64,000 nucleotides of DNA from an uncultured Muribaculaceae bacterium (GCA_965231035.1 OZ246409.1:508324-572323); one strand, 5' to 3'; counted from the first letter of the stretch, positions 39,950-50,836 are shown. A program made the numbers and translations. Notes: generated from the sequence alone by a model not told the origin.

Positions 39950-40269
39950 TTTAAGAAATCCAGGGCATTTTTCATATTTGCAACACCGGTAAGCTTGTCA
40001 GCTTTTAATATACCAATTTTTGCAATGAATACATAGTCCATATCCGGATTCATCATTTTACTATTTTCAACCAACCAAGCACGCAAAAGACGCTTGGCAC
40101 GATTTCTATCAACCGCCAAAGGAAATGTTTTTTTAGTTGCAACCAGACCATACCTGGCATCGCCTGGAAATTTTGTTTTTTGTGCCTTGGCTATAAAAAA
40201 AGGTGTCCTGGCAGTTGGGCAGTTTTCAGGCATAATAAAGTCAGAATGTTTTTTAATTGTATCTCGCAT
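39946..40269 (-). CDS. rnpA: Ribonuclease P protein component
   Basis: Basic 107-aa protein with the RNR-like motif region (AVDRNRAKRLLRAWL), 5' of yidD. No rpmH was found 5' of it. Confidence 0.78.
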   Translation of the reverse strand: MRDTIKKHSDFIMPENCPTARTPFFIAKAQKTKFPGDARYGLVATKKTFPLAVDRNRAKRLLRAWLVENSKMMNPDMDYVFIAKIGILKADKLTGVANMKNALDFLK

Positions 40270-40378
40270 AGGACCAATGATATCAAAAATATCGCATAAT
40301 CAAACAAAAAATAGCATTTTTATAGTTTTCATTTCTTGATTTTTGAAATATAAGGTTTTATAGTGTGTTGAATTATGA

Positions 40379-41440
<1,062 letters not shown>

Positions 41441-41451
41441 TCAATTTCTGT

Positions 41452-41531
41452 GGATGTCTGATTGTATTTGATTTCGGTCATGTAACATTTGTACACTCCC
41501 CTCATCAAATACTGCACATGCATCTCATATA
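41452..41531 (+). repeat. Copy A of an ~75-nt repeated intergenic element (3' of mreB)
   Basis: ~75% identical over ~75 nt to 48886-48962, shared core ...CGGTCATGTA...ACACTCCC...ATCAAA...ACTxCxCAT.... Confidence 0.7.
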
Positions 41532-41542
41532 AATTAATTAAA

Positions 41543-41567
41543 ATTACCGCCGTATGGCGGTTTTTTA
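41543..41567 (+). terminator. Intrinsic terminator after mreB and the repeat (CCGCCG-UA-UGGCGG then U6)
   Basis: Hairpin followed by TTTTTT. Confidence 0.8.
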
Positions 41568-41637
41568 ATTGCATTGCTTGTTGATTTTTAGATTTTAATT
41601 TTGTAACCTTTGGCTTGAAATAATCAAGGATTTTATC

Positions 41638-41862
41638 ATGGAAAAAAACAAGCAAAATATTGAGCAACCAAAAGAACAGCTTTCGTTTGAAGAAGCATAT
41701 AAACAATTAACAGAACTGGTTAAAAAAATGGAATCAGGTGAATTGCCTTTGGCGGATTCTGTTGCAGCTTATGAAAAAGGTATTAAATTAAAGGCTTATT
41801 GTGAACAAGTTTTAAAAGAAGCCGAATTGAAAATATCTACAATTACAAATTTGGATAAATAA
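41638..41862 (+). CDS. xseB: Exodeoxyribonuclease VII small subunit
   Basis: 74-aa helical protein with the XseB signature (LSFEEAYKQLTELVKKMESGELPLADSVAAYEKG). Confidence 0.85.
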   Translation: MEKNKQNIEQPKEQLSFEEAYKQLTELVKKMESGELPLADSVAAYEKGIKLKAYCEQVLKEAELKISTITNLDK

Positions 41863-41879
41863 TCTTAAAGGCACCCGCT

Positions 41880-44489
41880 TTGAATCAAAATAATAAACTT
41901 ACGCCCGTTATGCAGCAATATGTAAATATGAAGTCTGAAAATCCGGACGCGGTTTTGATGTTTCGTTTGGGTGATTTTTACGAAGCTTTTTTTGATGATG
42001 CAAAAACAGTTAGTCGTGCTTTGGGACTGGTTTTGACCCAACGTGGTACAGATGGTATGGGTTCTGATATTCCGATGTGTGGAATACCTTGGCATGCTGC
42101 GGATAATTATTTTGGCCGTCTTGTTCGTGAAGGTTTTAAGGTTGCGCTGGTTGAACAAATGGAAACACCTGCCCAGGCCAAGGAAAACGGGCATAAGTTT
42201 ATAGAAAGAAAAGTTGTTCGGGTTTTAACGCCGGGTACACTGACTGATGAAAATTTATTGTCCCCAAAAAAATCAAATTTCCTGGTCGCTGTTGCACCAA
42301 AAAGTCCTTTTGGTTTTGATATAGCTGGTTGTGATATTTCAACTGGTGAATTCTTTATTGGTATTTCGGAAAACATAACCGATGATATGGTTCGGATTAA
42401 TCCGGCAGAAATTATTTATCCAGAAAAATATTCAGAAACCAAGGATATTTTACGCCTGCGGGATGTTTTCAAAACAACACCTGTTTATGAGAAACTTTAC
42501 AATCGTTCAGACATAGATCAGATTGTTTTCAAAGTATTTGGTCAAAATGTTGATTTCAAAACAGAGTATGTAAAAGATGAAAAAACATCTGTTTTTGATG
42601 ATAAAGCCATAGCGTTATTGGCGGGGTATTTATTTAATACTCAACGTGGTGCAAATATTGCTTTTCGTGCACCGTATTCTTTCAAGGCAGGAAAACAATT
42701 ATTAATCGATTCGGCCACTTGGAAAAGCTTGGAAATCGATTCGGCTATAAACGAAGGTGGTGTATGTCTGATTGATATCTTGGATAAAACCAGAACAGCC
42801 GCTGGGGCACGTCGTATGCGTTCCTATTTACGAACTTTATCGGGCGATGTTGGTGAAATTCGTCGCCGCCAGGAACATATTGGTCATCTGATTTTGAATT
42901 CTGATGTTATGGGTAATCTGTCACAAATATTGATAAGAACACCCGATGTTGGGCGCAGTTTGGCAAGGTTATTGTCTGGGCGTGGCACACCGCGTGATTT
43001 AAGGCATGTTTCAGATTTTATGGCAATACTGCCAGATGCCAAGGTTGCTGGTGTCAAATTGGATTCCGGTATGGCAGAGAAGTTTTCAAATATTAATACC
43101 CACGACATGCTGGCTGGAAAATTAAAATTTGCATTATCTGATGAATTACCAACTTTCTTTCGCGAAGGCGGGGTTATTCGCACCGGCTTTGACCCCGGGT
43201 TGGATAATATGAAACAGTTGGCAAACGGTGCCAAAGAAACAATTGCAAAATTACAATCTGAATATATCGCCCAAACCGGTGTTAATACACTGAAAATCAA
43301 ATATAATAATATTTTGGGATATTTTATAGAAGTCCCAAGCGCACGTGCAGATTTTCTGATGAAACCTGAAAATGGTTTTATACACCGTCAGACTATGTCG
43401 GGAAATATGAGATTTACCACATCAAAGTTGATTGACCTGGACAATGATGTTCGCAGTGCTGCTGAAAAGGCGGCCGGAATCGAGGCTGAAATAATTTCAA
43501 ACTTTATAGAAGAAATAAGGATTGTTTCAGATGATTTGTTAAACACGGCCGAAGTCATAGCAGATTCAGATGTTTGGTATGCGTGTGCAACAGTTGCATC
43601 TGAATATTCATGGGTTCGTCCAACTGTTTCAGAAACAACTCAATTTGATATCAAAGGTGGTCGTCATCCTGTTATTGAATGTGTTTTGCGTGATCGTGGG
43701 GATCAGTTTGTTAAAAACGATTGTAATTTGAATAATAAAAGCATCGCATTGTTGACCGGACCAAATATGGCTGGTAAATCAACATATCTGCGTCAGAATG
43801 CTTTGATAGTTATCTTGGCACATTTGGGGTCTTTTGTTCCGGCGGAAAGTGCAACCATTGGAATTTGCGATCAGTTGTTTTCTCGCGTTGGTGCATCTGA
43901 CAATTTGGCCGCAGGACAGTCTACATTTATGGTCGAAATGGTCGAAACTGCAAATATATTAAACCGTGCAACAAATAAGTCGTTTATAATTTTTGATGAA
44001 ATAGGCCGCGGAACAGCAACATACGATGGTATGGCAATTGCCCAGGCTGTGTTGGAATTTTTAGATACATTAAAACCCAGAACGCTTTTTGCAACCCATT
44101 ATCATGAATTGACCCATTTGGTTAATGATAAATCAGAAGGTTTAAAGTTTGTTCAATGTTTGACCATAGATGTACGCGAACATAACAATGAAATAATCTT
44201 TATGCATAAAATTATTCCAGGTGTTGCGAATCGCTCGTACGGAATTCATGTCGCCAAAATGGCAGGAATTCCAAAATCGGTTGTATTGCGTGCAGAACAA
44301 GTTTTGGAAGGTTTAGAAAATAAATCATTTCAGATTCCAGAAAAAATTGAAACCGAAGACAATGTGGTTGTGGAAACTGTTGCACCTGAAAAAATTCAAA
44401 ATATTATTGATGAACCTGGTATAAAACTGGTCGAAGAAAAAGTTTCTGCGCCAGTGAAGAAAAAACAACTTTCGCTTTTTGGGGAATAA
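41880..44489 (+). CDS. mutS: DNA mismatch repair protein MutS
   Basis: N-terminal mismatch-binding domain (TPVMQQY...GDFYE), Walker A GPNMAGKST, ABC signature and HTH at the C-terminus. Confidence 0.93.
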   Translation: MNQNNKLTPVMQQYVNMKSENPDAVLMFRLGDFYEAFFDDAKTVSRALGLVLTQRGTDGMGSDIPMCGIPWHAADNYFGRLVREGFKVALVEQMETPAQAKENGHKFIERKVVRVLTPGTLTDENLLSPKKSNFLVAVAPKSPFGFDIAGCDISTGEFFIGISENITDDMVRINPAEIIYPEKYSETKDILRLRDVFKTTPVYEKLYNRSDIDQIVFKVFGQNVDFKTEYVKDEKTSVFDDKAIALLAGYLFNTQRGANIAFRAPYSFKAGKQLLIDSATWKSLEIDSAINEGGVCLIDILDKTRTAAGARRMRSYLRTLSGDVGEIRRRQEHIGHLILNSDVMGNLSQILIRTPDVGRSLARLLSGRGTPRDLRHVSDFMAILPDAKVAGVKLDSGMAEKFSNINTHDMLAGKLKFALSDELPTFFREGGVIRTGFDPGLDNMKQLANGAKETIAKLQSEYIAQTGVNTLKIKYNNILGYFIEVPSARADFLMKPENGFIHRQTMSGNMRFTTSKLIDLDNDVRSAAEKAAGIEAEIISNFIEEIRIVSDDLLNTAEVIADSDVWYACATVASEYSWVRPTVSETTQFDIKGGRHPVIECVLRDRGDQFVKNDCNLNNKSIALLTGPNMAGKSTYLRQNALIVILAHLGSFVPAESATIGICDQLFSRVGASDNLAAGQSTFMVEMVETANILNRATNKSFIIFDEIGRGTATYDGMAIAQAVLEFLDTLKPRTLFATHYHELTHLVNDKSEGLKFVQCLTIDVREHNNEIIFMHKIIPGVANRSYGIHVAKMAGIPKSVVLRAEQVLEGLENKSFQIPEKIETEDNVVVETVAPEKIQNIIDEPGIKLVEEKVSAPVKKKQLSLFGE

Positions 44490-44492
44490 AAA

Positions 44493-45059
44493 ATGTCAGA
44501 ACACATAAACCTTTTGGATGAAAAAGTCTTTAATAAATATATTCAAGATATTGTTTATAGAAACGGTCCAATACAAGTTTTTGGATCAAAAGAGATTAAT
44601 AGTCCTGAATGGGTAAAAGAAAATAAGAATATTGTTACAAATGCTCTTATATTTAAATATCTGAAATTGCAATTGCGTGGTTATTTGGCAAATTATGATG
44701 CGAAAGATTTTTTGCCAGACATTGAAATATCAGGACGTATGCCTGATTGGGCAAAAGAAATATCAGAACGTGGTGATAAAGTTGTTAATTTTGATGCATC
44801 CAATGTTCCAGGAGATTTGCGTGAAAAGATTATAAAGATAAGCATTTTTTTACAGTCTTATGCAGAAAAATACATAGATCAACAGTTGGTAGGATCTGGG
44901 AAAATAGAAATGGGTGGTCTTTCTACAATAGAAGAAATAAAAACATTTAAACATGCATTATCAATGTATCGTGCTGCATACTTTGGTAAAGGTAAAAAGC
45001 AAGTTTCTGATAAAATAGTTATCGGTCAAATTATAAAAAATCAAAACCAAAATGATTGA
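44493..45059 (+). CDS. Hypothetical protein (188 aa) wedged between mutS and truB
   Basis: Starts 4 nt after the mutS stop and overlaps the truB start by 8 nt. A+T-rich. No family recognised. Confidence 0.5.
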   Translation: MSEHINLLDEKVFNKYIQDIVYRNGPIQVFGSKEINSPEWVKENKNIVTNALIFKYLKLQLRGYLANYDAKDFLPDIEISGRMPDWAKEISERGDKVVNFDASNVPGDLREKIIKISIFLQSYAEKYIDQQLVGSGKIEMGGLSTIEEIKTFKHALSMYRAAYFGKGKKQVSDKIVIGQIIKNQNQND

Positions 45060-45921
45060 TGGATGGATAATCTTGGACAAGCCATCTGGAATCAGCAGTC
45101 GTGCTGCGGGTGGTCGTATTGCCAGAATGTTTGGTGCAAAGACTTTTGGCCATATTGGAACATTGGATCCAATGGCATCAGGTTTATTGCCAATCGCGTT
45201 GGGTCAGGCGACAAAAATGATTCCTTTTATGGAGGGTAAAAGTTCAAAAGAATACCTGTTCAGTGTGAAATGGGGGTTCGAGACAGATACTTTGGATACC
45301 AAGGGTCACGAAATTAAAACCGGTGGAAAAACACCAACTGAAAAAGAAATAAAAGCCGCATGTAAAAAATTGATTGGCGAATATGATCAGGTGCCACCAA
45401 ACTATTCTGCGATTCATATTAATGGTCAGCGTGCATATAAATTGGCTTGCAGCGGTGTTAATGTAGATATGCCACCACGCAGGGTTTTTATACATGAACT
45501 GGAACTGATTGATTCAAAATCTTGGACTTTTCGTGTTTCTTGTGGAACTGGTACATATGTTCGAAGCCTGGTGCGTGATATTGCGAAACTTTGTGGGACC
45601 CTGGCGACCGTTGATATGATACGGCGAACAAAAACAACGGGTTTTGAAATAAAAGATGCGCATACGCTTGATTTTCTGGAAAAATTGGTTAATAATGACC
45701 AGGCTTTGAATGAATGTTTAAAGCCAATGGATTTCGGACTGGGGGACATTCCGGTTTTGAATCTGAACGATAAAGACGCTGATTATTATAAAAAAGGTGG
45801 CTTTGTCAAAATGGCTTTGGCGATAGAGTCTGGGCTTTTCCGTGTGTATTCTGGTGATGAATTTATCGGAATAGGAAAGTTTGAGGATGGTTTGCTGCGG
45901 CCGAAACGAAATATAACATAA
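45052..45921 (+). CDS. truB: tRNA pseudouridine(55) synthase
   Basis: Catalytic motif [17 protein letters not shown]-less compact form. Confidence 0.9.
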   Translation: MIDGWIILDKPSGISSRAAGGRIARMFGAKTFGHIGTLDPMASGLLPIALGQATKMIPFMEGKSSKEYLFSVKWGFETDTLDTKGHEIKTGGKTPTEKEIKAACKKLIGEYDQVPPNYSAIHINGQRAYKLACSGVNVDMPPRRVFIHELELIDSKSWTFRVSCGTGTYVRSLVRDIAKLCGTLATVDMIRRTKTTGFEIKDAHTLDFLEKLVNNDQALNECLKPMDFGLGDIPVLNLNDKDADYYKKGGFVKMALAIESGLFRVYSGDEFIGIGKFEDGLLRPKRNIT

Positions 45922-45932
45922 AAGGAAAAACA

Positions 45933-46205
45933 ATGTCCGTTACAAAAACAAAAAAAACAGAACTGATTAAAAAGTTCAAAACATCTGAAAAAGATAATGG
46001 CGGATCTTCTGCATCCCAGGTTGCTGTTTTAACAGAACGCATCAATAACCTGACCGAACACATGAAGGTTAATAAAAAAGACCAACACTCTAAACGTGGT
46101 TTGTTGTTGATGGTTAACCGTCGTAAGAAGTTGCTGGCTTATATTAAAAAGAACAGCGTCGCCGAATACGAAGATTTGATTAAAAAATTAGGTTTGAGAA
46201 AATAA
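45933..46205 (+). CDS. rpsO: 30S ribosomal protein S15
   Basis: S15 signature (…[43 protein letters not shown]…). Confidence 0.93.
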   Translation: MSVTKTKKTELIKKFKTSEKDNGGSSASQVAVLTERINNLTEHMKVNKKDQHSKRGLLLMVNRRKKLLAYIKKNSVAEYEDLIKKLGLRK

Positions 46206-46230
46206 AAAAACCCGCAACGGCGGGTTTTTA
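46205..46230 (+). terminator. Intrinsic terminator between rpsO and pnp (CCCGC-AACG-GCGGG then U5)
   Basis: Hairpin followed by TTTTT, as at the classical rpsO-pnp junction. Confidence 0.8.
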
Positions 46231-46231
46231 T

Positions 46232-46259
46232 TTGCAATTTGGGAAATATTGAATATAAT
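46232..46259 (+). promoter_or_regulatory. Candidate strong sigma-70 promoter for pnp (TTGCAA-16 nt-TATAAT)
   Basis: Near-consensus hexamers read directly, ~125 nt 5' of the pnp ATG. Confidence 0.5.
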
Positions 46260-46382
46260 TGAAAGGCTAGAGAAAAGATTGTTCATTTTTGCGTTTTGAT
46301 TAAGAATGCAATGACGAATAATTTTTCTCTGCAAAATGCTGGCAATGGTGCTGGCTTGTAATAACAAAAATGGAGAAAAATT

Positions 46383-48548
46383 ATGTTATTTGGTTTATTT
46401 AAAAAAGATGAAAATGCGGGTTTGAATAACCCCATTACAGTTGAAATCCCTTATGGTGATGAAACACTTCGCCTAGAAACAGGTCGCTTTGCCAAACAGG
46501 CAAATGGTGCCGTTATGGCAACAATTGGTGGAACAATGGTTTTGGCAACAGTATGTGCTGAAAAGACTGCTGTTGATGGTCAGGACTTTTTCCCACTGAC
46601 AGTTGATTACCAAGAAAAATTTGCATCAGCTGGTCGTATTCCAGGTTCACGTGATCGTCGTGAAGGTAGGGCAACAATTTCTGAAACATTGATTTCACGT
46701 TTGATTGATCGTCCGATTCGCCCATTGTTCCCAGAAACCTTCAAAAACAAGGTTCAAATTATTGCCCAGGTTTTTTCTTATGACAAAAAAAATCAGCCCG
46801 ATATCTTGGCTGTTATTGCATCCAGTGCTGCGCTGGCTTTATCTGGGGTTCCTTTCCAGGGACCAATTGGGGCGGCACGTGTTGGATATATGGACGGCGC
46901 ATACGTTTTGAATCCATCTAAAAAACAAACCGAAGATTCAGAAATGGATTTGGTTGTCGCTGCAACCAAAGATGGTGTTTTAATGGTTGAATCTGAAATT
47001 GGTGAATTAGATGAAAAAATAACCTTGGGCGCTGTTAAATTCGGTTTTGACGCACAGCAAGCAGTTATCAAAGCAATCAATGAGTTGGCTGAAAAAGTTG
47101 GTAACGCTGCATGGGCAGTTCCAGAACATTCCGAAGAGTATTTGGCAATGCAAAAAGATTTTGAACAGTTTTCTGGCGAGATTGAATCTGCACTGGGAAT
47201 CAAAGAAAAATTGCAACGTTTGGATACTTTGTCAGAAATTGGGAAAAAAGCCAAATCACGTATTTCTGAAATATTACCAGAATCCACAACTGCTAAGTCC
47301 ACTCTGGAATCATGGGCCGCAGAGATTGTTGATGGATTGACAGCACGTATTATGCGTGGAAATATCTTGGCTGGTAAACAACGTATTGATGGTCGTGATA
47401 ATAAAACAGTTCGTCCAATTGAAATTGAATTGGGTGTATTGCCACGCGCACACGGTTCTGCATTATTTACACGCGGTGAAACCCAGGCATTGGTAACATT
47501 GACATTGGGTGGTGGTAAAGACGCATTACCAATTGAATCAATGGAAGGTTCCGAAGAAATGGGTTTCTTCTTGAACTATAACTTCCCTGGATTTTCTGTT
47601 GGTGAAGCAAAAATGTTAAAATCCCCAGGTCGTCGTGAAATTGGCCATGGAAACTTGGCTTGGCGTGCTGTTCATCCAATGGTCCCAAGTCGTGAACAAT
47701 TCGACTATGTAATCCGTATTGTTTCTGACATTTTGGAATCAAATGGTTCTTCTTCTATGGCAACAACATGCGGTGCAACATTGGCAATGATGGATGGTGG
47801 TGTTCCGATGAAACGCCCAGTTGCAGGTATTGCGATGGGGCTGATTAAAGAAGGTAATGATTATGCTGTTTTGACCGATATCTTGGGTGACGAAGATCAC
47901 CTTGGTGATATGGACTTTAAGGTAACTGGTACTGATCGTGGTATTACTGCATTGCAGATGGATATCAAAATCACATCTATTACCTTTGAAATTATGGAAA
48001 AAGCATTGGCACAGGCAAAAGAAGGTCGTATGCATATCTTGGGTAAGATTGAAAAAGCAATAAAAGCACCAAGAAAGAATGTTTCTGAATATGCCCCTCA
48101 GGCGTATGCAATGAAAATCAATCCAGACAAGGTTCGTGAAGTAATCGGTAAAGGCGGCAGCGTTATCCAAGCCTTGACACGCGAAACAGGAACCCAAATT
48201 GATTTGTCTGATGATGGTTCAATCAAAATTATGGCCACATCCAAAGAGCAGGCAGATGAAACAATTGCACGTATCAAGACGATTGTTGCTGAACCAGAAG
48301 TTGGTCAGATTTATGAAGGTGTTGTCAGTGGAATCAAAGATTTTGGTCTGTTCGTAAAAGTTATGAATGGATTCGAAGCATTGGTTCATATTTCTGAAAT
48401 CACCGGTAAACGTATGGAAAAGATTGAAGAGGCCAAAATCAAAGAAGGCGACAAAGTATTTGTTAAATACATGGGTACCGACAAACGTGGCAAGACCAAA
48501 ATGAGCATGGTTGGTATCGATCAGAAAACTGGTAAAGAAGTAAAATAA
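46383..48548 (+). CDS. pnp: Polyribonucleotide nucleotidyltransferase (PNPase)
   Basis: Two RNase PH domains, KH (IGKGGSVIQ) and S1 domains at the C-terminus. Confidence 0.93.
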   Translation: MLFGLFKKDENAGLNNPITVEIPYGDETLRLETGRFAKQANGAVMATIGGTMVLATVCAEKTAVDGQDFFPLTVDYQEKFASAGRIPGSRDRREGRATISETLISRLIDRPIRPLFPETFKNKVQIIAQVFSYDKKNQPDILAVIASSAALALSGVPFQGPIGAARVGYMDGAYVLNPSKKQTEDSEMDLVVAATKDGVLMVESEIGELDEKITLGAVKFGFDAQQAVIKAINELAEKVGNAAWAVPEHSEEYLAMQKDFEQFSGEIESALGIKEKLQRLDTLSEIGKKAKSRISEILPESTTAKSTLESWAAEIVDGLTARIMRGNILAGKQRIDGRDNKTVRPIEIELGVLPRAHGSALFTRGETQALVTLTLGGGKDALPIESMEGSEEMGFFLNYNFPGFSVGEAKMLKSPGRREIGHGNLAWRAVHPMVPSREQFDYVIRIVSDILESNGSSSMATTCGATLAMMDGGVPMKRPVAGIAMGLIKEGNDYAVLTDILGDEDHLGDMDFKVTGTDRGITALQMDIKITSITFEIMEKALAQAKEGRMHILGKIEKAIKAPRKNVSEYAPQAYAMKINPDKVREVIGKGGSVIQALTRETGTQIDLSDDGSIKIMATSKEQADETIARIKTIVAEPEVGQIYEGVVSGIKDFGLFVKVMNGFEALVHISEITGKRMEKIEEAKIKEGDKVFVKYMGTDKRGKTKMSMVGIDQKTGKEVK

Positions 48549-48567
48549 TAATTATAGGGGATATAAA

Positions 48568-48867
48568 ATGGATATGGGATCATTGATGGAGCAGGCAAAA
48601 CAACTGCAAAGCAAAGTTGCAGCCGCCCAGGATAAATTGGCAAAAACAAGTATCAAGGGTATTGCTGGTAACGGTCAATGCATTGTCGAGATGTCTGGCA
48701 AATATGATCTTTTGAATCTGACCATATCCCCAGAATTATTAAAGAATGATGTTACACACCTAACCCAGGTTATTATGGATGCGTTTGCTGATGCCAAGTC
48801 CAAGGCAGACGCGACCATAGATAAGGTTATGGGTGATGCAACTGCTGGTATGCCACTGCCAGAGTAA
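48568..48867 (+). CDS. ybaB: Nucleoid-associated protein YbaB/EbfC
   Basis: 99-aa protein with the YbaB/EbfC signature (MEQAKQLQ...GNGQCIVEMSGKYDLLNLTISPELL). Confidence 0.85.
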   Translation: MDMGSLMEQAKQLQSKVAAAQDKLAKTSIKGIAGNGQCIVEMSGKYDLLNLTISPELLKNDVTHLTQVIMDAFADAKSKADATIDKVMGDATAGMPLPE

Positions 48868-48885
48868 AATATTAAATATAATAAA

Positions 48886-48962
48886 GCATCTGCTTGTTTT
48901 TGATACCGGTCATGTAGGTTTACTACACTCCCTTTATCAAAAACTACGCATCTACATCATTC
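48886..48962 (+). repeat. Copy B of the ~75-nt repeated intergenic element (3' of ybaB, 5' of tRNA-Val)
   Basis: Collinear with 41452-41531 apart from a few substitutions and 1-2-nt indels. Confidence 0.7.
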
Positions 48963-49034
48963 TATTTAATATTTAAAAAAGTGCAAAAATAACTTGTGTT
49001 TTGGAAAAGCATAGGTTATTATTTCCCAGCAATC

Positions 49035-49110
49035 GGATGTTTAGCTCAGTTGGTAGAGCATCTCGTTTACACCGAGAGGGTCAGGAGTTCGAGTCTCTTA
49101 ACATCCACCA
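49035..49110 (+). tRNA. tRNA-Val (anticodon UAC)
   Basis: GGATGTT/TAGCTCAGTTGGTAGAGC/anticodon loop TTTACAC/GGTTCGAGTCT/AACATCC-A-CCA. Confidence 0.85.
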
Positions 49111-49115
49111 GAATA

Positions 49116-49140
49116 ATGCCCCGTTTGGGGCATTTTATTA
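49116..49140 (+). terminator. Intrinsic terminator after tRNA-Val (AUGCCCC-GUUU-GGGGCAU then UUUAUU)
   Basis: 7-bp stem followed by a T-rich run. Confidence 0.75.
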
Positions 49141-49182
49141 TGATTGTGGTATAATTTGTTGAGTAATAAAGGTTTTAAAAAT

Positions 49183-49302
49183 ATGGGTAAAAAAACATCT
49201 AAGAAATCAGCAGGCAAACTACAAACAGCGACAAAAACATTTGAAAATACCAGACTTAGAGTTGCCGCTTCTCAAAATAAAAGAAAAATCGTTATAAGAT
49301 AA
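49183..49302 (+). CDS. Possible small basic peptide (39 aa, MGKKTSKKSAGKLQTATKTFENTRLRVAASQNKRKIVIR)
   Basis: Short ORF in an otherwise empty 200-nt gap, with no clear SD. Not in the ≥60-aa ORF track. Unrecognised. Confidence 0.15.
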   Translation: MGKKTSKKSAGKLQTATKTFENTRLRVAASQNKRKIVIR

Positions 49303-49316
49303 ACAATGTTTTCTTT

Positions 49317-50096
49317 TTAACTTCTGGTTCTGGATTTTTCTATCCATTCCAGTGCCTTTTTTATAGTGTTTTCTACATTAATAAAATGTGATTCTTTGGT
49401 TTTTGGGTTATTAAAAGCTCTATTCATCCCTATCCAAATGGTGTGATCGGGAATTATTAAAGAAAGCTCATCCAAACTTGTTTTAATATTTTCAGGATTA
49501 AAACTATTCAAATAACCTTGGGGATAATCTGCCAAAGGGGCTTTCCAATCAGTCTTATTTAAAAAACCGTTATAACAGGAAGACATTACAGAAAATTTTG
49601 CACCAATTTGATTTAATTCTGCTATTATTTCTCTTCTAATATTCTCAGAATCATATGTAAAAATAAATTCTTGTCCAGGTTTGTTTCTGATGTTTCTTGC
49701 AATTTTTTCAGGGTAAATATTTCTGGCCTTTTCATTATTTTTATCATTTTTTATAGAGAAACAGTAATTTATCTGGCATCTTTTGATAACAAAATTACCA
49801 GTTTTTTTATTTTTAAGGCTGAACCATCTTGATAAATCAGAGTTTATAGAGCCTATGCAGAATGCAGAGCAAGAATCCTTTTCAAGATATAGAGAAATGT
49901 TAGGAGAATTTTCGATATTTGCAGATATATTTAATAATCCTTCAATCCAATCAAACCATTTTTGATTTGATCTTAAAAAAAACGAGCTTACAGGAATTGC
50001 TATTTCTACTTTATTTGAAAGGTTTGCAAGCTTAAATATATATTCATAATTTAAATTTATTGATCCAACATCAACCGTTATATAACGCAAATTCAT
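49317..50096 (-). CDS. Uncharacterised protein, paralog 2 of a tandem pair (259 aa)
   Basis: Shares the MNLRYIT N-terminus and several collinear motifs with the upstream paralog (KVEIA.P; VIKR.Q; PEK.A..I...P..EF.F.YD; DWK.P....PQGY; W.EK). Start overlaps the paralog-1 stop by 4 nt (ATGA). A+T-rich. Confidence 0.55.
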   Translation of the reverse strand: MNLRYITVDVGSINLNYEYIFKLANLSNKVEIAIPVSSFFLRSNQKWFDWIEGLLNISANIENSPNISLYLEKDSCSAFCIGSINSDLSRWFSLKNKKTGNFVIKRCQINYCFSIKNDKNNEKARNIYPEKIARNIRNKPGQEFIFTYDSENIRREIIAELNQIGAKFSVMSSCYNGFLNKTDWKAPLADYPQGYLNSFNPENIKTSLDELSLIIPDHTIWIGMNRAFNNPKTKESHFINVENTIKKALEWIEKSRTRS

Positions 50097-50833
50097 TTGT
50101 TTTGGGCCTTTTGTTTATCCAGCCATAATAACACATTTCTTATAAATTCTTCAGCAAAATGAAAATTAAATTCTTGAGTCTTTTCGTCCATCAGTAACTT
50201 GTGGGCTTCTACCCAAGTATCATGATTTTGTGGAACAAGATTTTTGATTCTGCCAAGATTAAAGTCAATATTACCTGCACATAATTTCCCAGTGTAACCT
50301 TGGGGACAATTATTAAAAATGGGTTGTTTCCAATCAAATTGAGCCTTGTAAGTCAGTGAAAATTTTACACCTGTATTGTTCAGTCTGGAAAGTTTATTTT
50401 TTAAATTATCATGATATAAAAATACAAATTCTCGATCCGGATAATTGGAAATAATTTTTGCAACTTTTTCTGGATCAAAATTTTCTTGTCTGCCGTATAA
50501 ATCAAACTGCCATCTTTTAATTACAGGCTTATGTGTTTTTATGTTTTTTATATCAAACCAATCGTATAAATCAGCATCAATAACACCATTTTTACAAAAT
50601 TTTACGGCCCAATCTCCAACTATATGCATTGCCAAGTTATCAGCATTTTCTATACAAGAAAGAATATCAATGGTTTCCGAAAACCATTCATTCCCGGGCA
50701 TTTTATATTTCATAATTGATGAATCGCCAGGAAAGGCAATTTCGACTTTGTCGGATAATTTTAAAAGATTTATGATTTTTTCAACAGAAGTAAACTCTCG
50801 AATACCAGAGCATGTTATATAGCGCAGGTTCAT
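50093..50833 (-). CDS. Uncharacterised protein, paralog 1 of a tandem pair (246 aa)
   Basis: Starts 3 nt after the rlmN stop. About 30% identical to paralog 2 by eye. No signal peptide or TM. No family recognised. Confidence 0.55.
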   Translation of the reverse strand: MNLRYITCSGIREFTSVEKIINLLKLSDKVEIAFPGDSSIMKYKMPGNEWFSETIDILSCIENADNLAMHIVGDWAVKFCKNGVIDADLYDWFDIKNIKTHKPVIKRWQFDLYGRQENFDPEKVAKIISNYPDREFVFLYHDNLKNKLSRLNNTGVKFSLTYKAQFDWKQPIFNNCPQGYTGKLCAGNIDFNLGRIKNLVPQNHDTWVEAHKLLMDEKTQEFNFHFAEEFIRNVLLWLDKQKAQNK

Positions 50834-50836
50834 TAA

